From: Eledone cirrhosa
Taxonomy: Eukaryota
Direction of reading: 5' to 3'
Length of the DNA: 64,000 bases
Assembly (NCBI GenBank): GCA_964016885.1
Contig: OZ024757.1
Coordinates: 7,068,001 to 7,132,000, forward strand
The stretch's first letter is position 1. The number at the start of each line of letters is the position of its first letter. Below the pieces are notes generated by a model that saw only the letters and a program-made list of their open reading frames with translations, had not been told where the DNA came from and ran no database searches. Below, one piece after another: positions 1 to 9,289 of this stretch. Both the position numbers and the translations under genes were made by a program.

Positions 1-26
1 GTCCGACTCTCTACCAATACTGCCAA
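1..26 (-). mobile_element. 5' head fragment of tRNA-derived SINE (cut by window edge)
   Basis: Reverse complement TTGGCAGTATTGGTAGAGAGTCGGAC matches the head of the SINE at 5530 (TTGGCAGTATTGGTAGAGTGTCGGAC). Confidence 0.6.
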
Positions 27-136
27 ATAATATTACAAATACATGAAACAGTTATTAGACTCATTATCTCTGATATACTGATATATACACCAGGCCCGTT
101 CACAAAAAGTACAATGCACCCGCTGTCCTTGCCATT

Positions 137-168
<32 letters not shown>

Positions 169-267
169 TGTATATGTATTTATATAAATGAAAACATTCA
201 GGATCACGGCGTCTTACCTTCGTGAATATACATTTACTACCAAGTTTTCTTTAATCATGATGACAGT

Positions 268-817
268 TGTTATGCCTAAAATGTATGTTTACATACACAC
301 GAATATGGAGTGTGCACACAGAAACTCACACTCGCTCACGCACACACAGTGCTCAAACACATCATTACACAAAACACACTGCAAAAGCCACCAACGGACA
401 AACGCACACAGACAGTTACTCGATAATGTTATATACAAACCAATATACATATATGTATACAGCAACATACGCAAAATACCATCATGACTTCATTTATATA
501 TATATATACACACTATTTTATTCATCAGTTCCAGCATACACAATATATAGTCTTCCATGTTTACAAATATATAATGTAATCTCGATTTGATATTAAGGTT
601 AAAAAACGTGTTATAGTTTTCTGTACAGACAAATAGAAAATGTGTTTGAAATACAATTTACGTTCTTTGGAGACAGCATTAGTAGCTATGCTTGGCGCAG
701 AGACTAAGTTCTCTACAGGGGAAATAACTGGAAAAAATACGGAAGCAAATAATAGGAAAGCTACAAGGTTTTCTTGGCAAGAGTTTGTTGTCAATTTGAG
801 GAAATGGTAGAATAACG
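268..817. repeat. ~550-bp direct repeat, copy 1 (copy 2 at 1218-1765)
   Basis: Colinear similarity from GTTAT..CTAAAATGTAT to AATTTGAGGAAATGGTAGAATAA. Weaker similarity continues (ACTGGTCC..AAGAACA.ATATA at ~900 and ~1920). Confidence 0.9.
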
Positions 818-1151
818 TATCGTATTTTAAATTAGCTATAACTCTTTAGTTATATCTGGGGCGTCTGGAATCGTAATACAAATATTACGGATTCCCACTG
901 GTCCTAAAGAACAAATATATATGATGGTATAACCAAATATTTAGAGCATTGTCAGATCTAGGGGATACGTACAACGAAGGTAGATCAGAAATAGTGAAGA
1001 AGTGTCGGAGGAAATTTTGTTAAATATGAGAACACTGAATCTGTGAGATAATTCCATCTACCTCAATGTATCTAGTGCAACATTCATCTTCTCTTTTGAG
1101 CCAAATATAAAGAAAATAATAGTAAACCTATATGTATATATAGGAATAATT

Positions 1152-1216
1152 GTTTTTATTTTGGCACAAGGCCAGCAATTACCCAGTAGATTACTGGAAC
1201 TTTATTTTATCCACCC
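1152..1216 (-). mobile_element. SINE 3' fragment
   Basis: TTGGCACAAGGCCAGCAATTACCCAGTAGATTACTGG is the reverse complement of the SINE tail also seen at 48459-48739. Confidence 0.65.
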
Positions 1217-1217
1217 C

Positions 1218-1765
1218 GTTATAACTAAAATGTATTCTTACATACACACGCATACAGTGTGTGCACACAGAACATCACACTCACTTACGCACACACAGTA
1301 CTCAAACACATCATTACACAAACTACACTGCAAAAGCCGCCAATGGACAAACGCACACAACCTGTTACTCGATAATGTTATATACAACCCAATATACATA
1401 TATGTATACATTAACATACGCAAAACACCAGCATGACTTCATTTATATATATATACACACTATTTTATTCATCAGTTCCAGCATACACAATATATAGTCT
1501 TCCATGTTTACAAATATATAATGTAATCTCGATTTGATATTAATGTTGAAACACGTGTCATAGTTTTCTGTACAGACTAATAGAAAGTTTGGTTGAAATA
1601 TAACTTACGTTCTTTGGAGACAGTATCTGTTAGTTTGTCTGGCTGAGAGACAAGGTTCTCTACAGGAGACATAACTGGAAAAAAAATACGGAAGAAATTA
1701 ATAGGAAAACTAGAAGGTTTTTTTGTGAAGAGTTTGTTGTTAATTTGAGGAAATGGTAGAATAAG
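1218..1765. repeat. ~550-bp direct repeat, copy 2
   Basis: Aligns by eye to 268-817. Confidence 0.9.
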
Positions 1766-2270
1766 TTGTTTTTTTAATCAATTCGAACCATTTCTTTGGT
1801 TTGTTCTGTCAATGTCATTCTTTCTTATTCCACACATGTAAAACTTCCGAAAGGAGTAAAGTGTGGCTAGTCATATGTGAGGTGTCTGCTATTATGACAC
1901 AAATATTGTACAGTTTCCTACTGGTCCGGAAGAACAGATATACTATTTCTCTACAGCAGTCTTAACTGGAATATGTAAGGATGAAAATAATAAGTAACCC
2001 TTTCTTTTACCCCCCTTTGAACGTCCCTAATTATAGAGGTCAATAAAATATTTATCCTGGATTATGATAGGGAGTTTTTAATATAAAAATGTGTTATTCT
2101 TGCCTGAATTAAGTTGTTTGAAATTTACGGTTCAAAACTTAAATAAATTACTGAATAACTTAATATATAATGTTTAAATTAGACGTTTTAAAAGTATTTT
2201 AGGCATTATTGGTGCACTGAGAAGAGAATACAGTGGAACGGTCACCTGGAAAATATATTGAGAATATTAA

Positions 2271-2371
2271 ACCAGTCTGCTGATAAGTAAATCTGGCTAA
2301 TCAGTGGATCTGCTAATATGCAGATTTGACTGATCAACCAGTCTGCTAATATGCAAATCAGGCCGATCAGT
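2271..2371. repeat. 33-bp minisatellite, 3 units
   Basis: CCAGTCTGCTGATAAGTAAATCTGGCTAATCAG / TGGATCTGCTAATATGCAGATTTGACTGATCAA / CCAGTCTGCTAATATGCAAATCAGGCCGATCAG. Confidence 0.8.
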
Positions 2372-2419
2372 CACTGTGTATTTTTGAAAATAGCATATAT
2401 TTTCACTAGCTCTGACAGT

Positions 2420-2499
2420 TTGGCAGGTGAACAGTAGGCTGTACTGATGAAGGGTGATACCTAGAAACATTAGTGTCTGCAGTTCTGTTCACATGCCAA
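2420..2499 (+). ncRNA. Type I hammerhead ribozyme (Penelope pLTR-like)
   Basis: Core CUGAUGA (2444-2450), GAAAC (2464-2468) and GUC (2475-2477). Long stem I: UUGGCA-G-GUGAACAG-UA-GGCUGUA pairs with UGCAGUU-CUGUUCAC-A-UGCCAA. Stem II is AGG/CCU. Stem III is the near-palindrome ACAUUAGUGU. Confidence 0.7.
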
Positions 2500-3099
2500 C
2501 ACAAGAGCAAGAATGAAGGGTTCATTATACTGACATGGCTATAAAATTGAGGCTTGTTTGTATAATTGCAATCAGCTTTCAAGTCTGTTGATTTGAATTC
2601 GGGTATTGAAACAAATATTGATATAGTTCGGGAGAGTTATGTTTGCAATGAAATCATATATACTAATTGAATATTCTGCTTGTGACGCTAAACTCCGCCT
2701 GTTGCAGACTGCGCAGCAACCATTCCATTGCTGTTTGATGATAGTTTGTGACAGAGATATACAAACTCCGTAACTTGAGCAATTGCTGGGTTTATTACTA
2801 GTTAAGTAACGAACTCCCGACCTCATCAACAGAACCACTGAATGCAACTTTCACCTGTGACCTGACAAGTTGTGTGATATTTAGTATGTATGTACTATTC
2901 CTTCACCCATCTATTGACGTTGCTGTTACTGTGGAAAACTGTGAGGTTATGGTCCCCGTGAGTGATGTAGAATGCCCTGAGTGTCAATCAGGGTCCAGTG
3001 AATCCTCCCTAGACTCATTTGTGACAAAGAATATCTACACAATTATTATGTTTTGCCGTCTCTGTCCCACCAGTTTGTGATGTAGCAGACCACCACCCA

Positions 3100-3670
3100 T
3101 TATTCCAATGACAAACAAGATGGAGCGCGTGGACCTGAGCTATAAAGACCCCCCGAAAACCATGATCAGACAAGGAAAATTGTCAGTATAAGAACAATAT
3201 TGAGGGGCTAACATCGGTCAGCATCACCCGTGATTTAGCCAATCTCCTTATTATATTGTTGGAAAGGGCACATAAAGAAAGAGTAGCCAATAACTATTTA
3301 CCCCTAAATATGTACTCCCATTATGTAGAGATTATTTGTATAGTAGTATAGACATGCCGCTAAAGAAATCATCAAGGGACTAGAAATAAACGGTATGGAA
3401 ATCATTCAGCAAATAAATACCCAACTCCATCCACTAGAGTATCAACATACACTGCCCAAACCACAGACTACCTGTCTTAGACACACAACTCTGTATTCTT
3501 CTTCTTTTCGTGTCCAAAAGAGTGCCAGTTATAAAGCTTGGCTAGATGTATTCTATTTTTATTGTCATTTTGACTTATTTATACTTTCTTAAACGAAAAT
3601 CCCATTGCTGAATTCTAACAATAGTGAATACTCACTTCCACCATTATAGGCTTACTGATGAAGTGTGATA
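3100..3670 (+). mobile_element. Highly degraded Penelope-like RT remnant
   Basis: Fragments resembling PLE RT motifs (..DLANLLIILLE..PLNMYSHYVEIICIV). 3647-3670 TAGGCTTACTGATGAAGTGTGATA partly repeats the hammerhead region at 2435-2459. Confidence 0.35.
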
Positions 3671-3919
3671 AATAATTAAGTATTGCATATGATTGAACAA
3701 TATATATTGTAGTCAGCACATGTAGACAATTATCTATGTATATAAAACTGATGTTGTCTGTATGTCCTCATTTTTGCAAAGTCTATACAACTCCACATTT
3801 CTACTCCGATTGACTTCAAACTTGTTAAATTTTTTGTGTCTCTCCTTTGTTCTATCCTACACCATCTTGTTTTTGTATGTTGTGTGTTGTGTGCTCAGTT
3901 TGCGTATGCAATACATCCG

Positions 3920-3922
3920 TGT

Positions 3923-3968
<46 letters not shown>

Positions 3969-3985
3969 TTGTGTGTGTGTGTGTT
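3920..3985. repeat. (TG)n microsatellite
   Basis: Directly visible. Confidence 0.95.
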
Positions 3986-4104
3986 TATTTATTATTTATG
4001 TTTATTTATTTGTCACTAGTTGGTTGTTTGTTCTATCTGTGTGTGTTTGTTTTGTTAGTTTGTTTTTTTGTGTGTGTCTTTATGTCTTCATTTTGTCCTT
4101 AATT

Positions 4105-4686
4105 ACTAGTTGTGATGTTGCTATTCCACTCATGTTTTCTGTTTAATTTTGGGTGGAGTTCGTTTATATTCGTCGCCCCTGTGATTTGCCTGAGCATTGC
4201 ATCTTTTCTGTGCGTGCATATCATTTTTAATCTCTGTTCTCTAATGTGCCCCAATGTTCTATTTTGGCATGTTGGTGGAGTACTGATGAGTTTTTCCCAT
4301 CCTGGAGTTCTCGCCAGTATTCACTTGCTCCTATGCTACGGAGTGTTTCACCTATGTATGTTATATTCTTATTCCTACACTGTCCGTCAGTACATCTTAT
4401 GCTATATACTACGTTCCTAATTGTTGCAGTTGGTTTGCGGGCTTAGCTTGCAGACTTTGCATTTCCTATCAGCACAGGGGGTTCTTTGAAATGGGTGTGT
4501 TTTGCTAATTAGGGTTTTTATGGAATACCTGGTCTTTCAACTACCTTAATATTTGATTTGAGCTTATCTAGGGCCCTTCTAAATCTGTAAGCCAGTTCGC
4601 CTCTAGGGATTGTATTGACGAACATTACTTATTCCTAATCCTTTCTATTCTGTTCCAAAATTGCTCCTATACATGGGACAAGTTCC
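4105..4686 (-). mobile_element. Penelope-like element 3' fragment (GIY-YIG endonuclease), pseudogenised
   Basis: Minus-strand translation gives PCADRKCKVCK..NVVYSIRCTDGQCRNKNITYIGETLRS..LHQHAKIEH..RQITGATNINELHPKLNRKHEW. It is broken by frameshifts and abuts a (TA)n tract. Confidence 0.75.
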
Positions 4687-5529
4687 ATATATATATATAT
4701 ATTAATAAAAACGATGAAGATTCGTGGTATGTATTTAGTTTTTGTATTGTGTATCAACCTGCTACGCGCGTTTCGTAGCGGATTGGCTCAGGGTAACCCA
4801 TAGAAGTTATGGATCCGACTCCATTATCGATCTGCTCTTCTTACTGGCGATCCGACAAAAAATATCGTATATATATATATGTGTGTTGAAAGAGGGAGAA
4901 AAAGTAAAGGGGAGATTATATTATTTATTCAAGTGTGGGCCACATAAGCACTGATATAGAGTTACTGTCCTTGAGTTCAAACTTCATCCCCTTCTTTTTT
5001 CACTATGTGGGACGTTTCCCTCACCACATCACATTGAATGATGTTATTTAAAGAGTGACAATTTTGCTGTTTTTTAGGCATAACTGGAACTGGTTGGTCT
5101 TAACCACGGTGATACTTAGTGTCGCGGAGGTGTAACTCCTTTTATCATTCAACGAGGGAAATGATTCCATGTTTTGTGACATACTCCAGCGCTAAAATTG
5201 TCACTTCAGCCAATGATCAAAATACAGCCACTCACAAGGCAGAAGAGGAACAGAAAATGGATAAATTAACAAGATTTTTTTTACAATCTCTTCGCACTTC
5301 TGCGACTAGCATTTCCCTCCGTTGAGAGGAAGGGTATCATGCCTGAGAAATAAGTCCGGAGAGATACATTGGCTTATACAGCTAATATTGCTAGTCTTCT
5401 GTTCTGTGGGGCGGCGTAAAACAGACAAGTTGTTTAGAAGTTGTGTACTTATATTTTGGAGAAATAAAATTATATCCTAGTGTGTTATTTACAATTTAAC
5501 AAACTGGGTTTATTATAACGTACTTTAAG

Positions 5530-5737
5530 GGCGGTGGATTGGCAGTATTGGTAGAGTGTCGGACAGCATGCTTTGTGGCATATAGTTACAGCATTTTACG
5601 TTCTGAGTTCAAAACTTACCGAGATTAGCTTTGCCAGTAACATGTACGGGGTCAATAACATAAACTACTAGTAATACACTAGGGTAGATTTAATCGACTT
5701 TCCCTTCAAATTGCTGGCTTTGTGTAGAAAGAATTAT
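5530..5737 (+). mobile_element. tRNA-derived SINE (octopus-type)
   Basis: A-box-like TGGCAGTATTGG, B-box-like GAGTTCAAAAC, body ..GGGGTCAATAA..TAATCGACT..TTGCTGGCTTTGTG. Same family as 48459-48739. Confidence 0.8.
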
Positions 5738-5744
5738 AACTTAC

Positions 5745-5970
5745 CAGGCTGCATATCGATTGTGTGCGATTCATTAACATTCGCTGTGGCTGTTGGAAAC
5801 TCCACAGTCTGAGGTGCAGGATCGATAGGTGTTATATTATATTGTTCCTGCTTCTTTTGTCGTCGTCGGCGACGTTTTTCCCGATAGCACGGGCAGACGG
5901 ACTCAGCAAGCCGTCGGGCCCTTTCAGCACATCTTCGGAGAAAGCCGCGGCGCTTTTTTGGCTCCGACAT
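5745..5970 (-). CDS. Putative first coding exon of an unknown small basic protein
   Basis: ATG at 5970 opens MSEPKKRRGFLRRCAERARRLAESVCPCYREKRRRRRQKK..DMQP and ends at a consensus donor CCTG|GTAAGT (5744). The segment is more GC-rich than its flanks. No recognisable family. Confidence 0.45.
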
Positions 5971-6229
5971 TATCAAAAAAAATTAATAAAGAAACAAAAA
6001 GATAAAAACAAAACAAACAAACAGATAAACACAAAAACAAATGAGATCAGTTATCAAACACTCAATCAATCAAACAAACAATCAGACAATGTAGATCAAT
6101 TATCAGCAGTAATAAATTTCTGGATTGTTATACAGAAGAATAATTTGTATAAAATACAAAATACACTTGTACACTTTCGAGAAAATATTTCACTAATGGC
6201 GGAAAATATTGATATAGTATGAATCTATA

Positions 6230-6451
6230 GGTATACATACATATATATATATACATACACAAATACATACATACACACATATATACATACACACATACAT
6301 ACATACACACATATATATATACACACACTCACATTTATATATATATATACATGCACATACATGTATACATGCATAAACACACCCATACATACAGATAGAC
6401 ACACACACACACACATATATATATAGAGATATATATATATATATTTGCCTC

Positions 6452-6523
<72 letters not shown>

Positions 6524-6526
6524 CAC
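6230..6526. repeat. Mixed (AT)/(AC)/(TG) microsatellite
   Basis: Directly visible. Confidence 0.95.
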
Positions 6527-6612
6527 ATGACGTCATAATAGCAAATGACGTCATATAGCAAATCGAGAAATCCGTGAAAATACATTCAAATAATTTAACG
6601 TCCTGGATTCGA

Positions 6613-7045
6613 ATGATGGTGGTGGTGGTGGTGCTGGTGATGGTGGTGGTGTTGGAGGTGGTGGTGCTGGTGCTGGTTGTGCTGGTGATGGTTGTGCTGG
6701 TGATGGTTGTGGTGGTGGTGGTGATGGTGGTGGTGGTGCTGGTGATGGTTTTGCTGGTGATGGTTGTGGTGGTGGTGGTGGTAATGGTGGTGGTGTTGGA
6801 GGTGGTGGTGCTGGTGGTGGTGGTAATGGTGGTGGTGGTGGTGGTGGTGGTAATGGTGGTGGTGTTGGAGGTGGTGGTGCTGGTGGTGGTGGTAATGGTG
6901 GTGGTGGTAATGGTGGTGGTGTTGGAGGTGGTGGTGTTGGGGGTGGTGGTGCTGGTGGTGGTGGTGGCGCTGGTGCTGGTGGTGGTGGTGCTGGTGATGG
7001 TTGTGGTGGTGATGGTTGTGGTGGTGGTGGTGCTGCTGGTGGTGG

Positions 7046-7076
<31 letters not shown>

Positions 7077-7270
7077 GATGGTGGTGGTGGTGATGGTTGT
7101 GGTGGTGCTGGTGGTGGTGGTGCTGGTGGTGGTGGTGCTGGTGGTGGTGGTGCTGGTGGTGGTGGTGCTGGTGGTGGTGGTGCTGGTGGTGATGGTTGTG
7201 GTGGTGCTGGTGGTGCTGGTGGTGGTGGTGGTGGTGGTGATGGTGGAGGTGGTGGTGGTGATGGTGCTGG
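6613..7270. repeat. Degenerate (GGT)n trinucleotide array
   Basis: GGT with GCT/GAT/GTT variants. It explains the poly-Pro and poly-Val ORFs. Confidence 0.95.
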
Positions 7271-7299
7271 AGAAAAAAATCTTATGTAGTTTTCTTCCA

Positions 7300-9270
7300 A
7301 ATTAATTTCACCGCCTTCTCTTTCATCTTGTCTTCCTTCGCCTCCATATCTGGTGTAGGTGAGCTATGAGGTCTCAGTCATACCAACACTTTCCCTTCTA
7401 CCCATGTGCAGCCACTCACCCCTGATGCCGCTTGGTGTCCCAGTCCCCGGCTCCATGCCCCATCCTCCATCCCCAACAGTCGACATCTGCAGTACTTGCA
7501 GCACCACGAACAAACGGAAGAGGGGCCGGAACTGTTCGGGGTGCGACTGCTTCCACCACCTCACCTGTGTTGGCTTGACGCGTCGAGCTTACAGTGCCCT
7601 CGCAGCGTGGAGATGCAGAATCTGTCTCTTCCCTTCGTCTGCCCAGCCACGGACGTCTGGTACTCCACCAGATGAGACAGCGAGCTTGTCTGATGTCCAA
7701 GCCTCGCTGGTGAACATCCGAGAGCGGCTTGAGTGCCGGTAGCCGATGCCCTCGCTTCCTCGATCGAGAGTGCTCTAGACTCCAATAGAGCCAGGGACTG
7801 GGAGCGCATCTTCTATTTCGCCCCACTCACCCTCGGTCTCCTCAGCTCTGGCGCTGACCGAGGCGGCCTGTCGACAGCAGCCTTTGTCAAGGCCAATGTT
7901 TCGTCCTTTGGGCAAGCGCCCATTCAAACGTGCCAAAGGACTCCACAACCCCTGCTCTTGGGTGACTCCAATCCTCCACCCCCGAGGCCAGCGTCAAGCG
8001 TTTGCGTGAGAGCGTAAACGCTACATTTATCATGGGTGATGGCTCGGCTGCAGTCAGAGTGGTTTCCTCAGAGGACACTGTCCTCCATCCCACAAAAGAG
8101 GTCCTGGCTGCCCTGCGACTCAAGCACCCTGAGCATGCTCCTTGCTGCAGATACGGTCATACCTTCGGCCACTGGGGTCCAACAGGGCGACCCTTTGGGC
8201 CCCCTCCTGTTTGCCCTTGGTATAGACCACATTGCTCGGAGTATCACGGCCCCTCTCAACGTTTGGTTCCTGGATGATGCTATGCTGGGCGGGCCCGTGG
8301 AGACTGTCTGCCATGACCTTCAATCGGTGGTTCCTCCCTGGCGCGAATCGGCCTCCAGGTCAACTTGTCCAAGTCGGAGTTGGTGATGTCACCCATGATG
8401 CTGAGAGCTTTGCAGCCACCCTCTCCATTCTCCACCAGGTACAGGTGACCCCCCAAAGAGGATGTCCTCATTCTCGGGTCACCGATTCACCCACCGGCCA
8501 TCCTATCCACCACCAGGTCTAGGCTCCAACAACTCCAGACCCTCACGAGTCGACTGGGCTTGATCGACAGCCACCCAGCTCTCTTCCCGTTGAGGAACTG
8601 CTTCGCCATGCCGAAGCTCCTCTACACTCTTCGCAGCGCTCCATCAAGTCCCCCCAAATCATATGGGATGCCATCCAGTGCAATCTGGCCTCAGACAGGC
8701 TCACGCGCCAGCTCGACCAGAACCGCCTTGCTTGTTTTCGCACGAGGTGCCTGGCTCCTTTCCCTGTCCTCCTTCTCAACTGGCACGCAGCTGGATAACG
8801 ATAGCCTGCGCATCGGCGTTTCCTTGAGGCTTGGACTCCGAATCTGCGAGTCACATAAATGTCGCTGTACATCCACCGTAGACTCTTTCGGCCTCCATCC
8901 GCTTTCCTGTCGCCACAGTGCCGGCCGCCTTCCACGCCATGCTGTCGTCAACGAGTTCATAAAGCATGGCTTGGACGATGCAGGCTACTCCTCCCAAGCT
9001 CGAACCGGTGGAGCTGAGGGGATGGCAAAAGGCCAGATTGAATGACTATCTTCCCGTTTCGCGGTGGCAAACCCCTCGTCTGAGATGCCACTTGCAGCGA
9101 TACTTTCTCCAGTCACTAACCCAGGTACTGCTGCACGTCGGGCTGAGGAGGCCAAACTCTCCAAGTACCGGTCGCTCTCCGATAGGTACGTGGTCGTGCC
9201 TTTGGCAGGTGAGACTTCTGGTGTTCTTGGCCCTAGGGCTACCTCCCTATTCACCACAATAGGCGCATCT
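7300..9270 (+). mobile_element. CRE-clade-like RLE non-LTR retrotransposon relic with N-terminal PHD finger, internally deleted
   Basis: PHD C4HC3 (CSTC..CSGC..HLTC..WRCRIC). RT motifs GVQQGDPLGPLLF and WFLDD. C-terminal CRC..HPLSC..RH and RLE DGKRPD*MTIFPFRGGKPLV*DAT..K..KY. Multiple frameshifts. Confidence 0.8.
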
Positions 9271-9289
9271 CACTTACCATCCTCCGGGG

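Noticed and set aside
2271-2371. CRISPR-like 33-bp periodicity
   Set aside because: Contiguous diverged tandem units with no unique spacers, no cas genes, and a eukaryotic context.
2540-2870. Possible RTE RT remnant on the minus strand (IAQVTEFVYLCHKLSS)
   Set aside because: Only one short motif amid stops; too weak to annotate.
3762-4146. Cys/Val-rich ORFs (also 6128-6585 and 15758-16087)
   Set aside because: Microsatellite translations.
5530-5620. tRNA gene
   Set aside because: A/B boxes are present but there is no cloverleaf, and it continues into a SINE body seen elsewhere in the window.
6551-7305. 249-aa poly-Pro (extensin/formin-like) and 243-aa poly-Val ORFs
   Set aside because: By-products of a degenerate (GGT)n array; no domain context or splice support.
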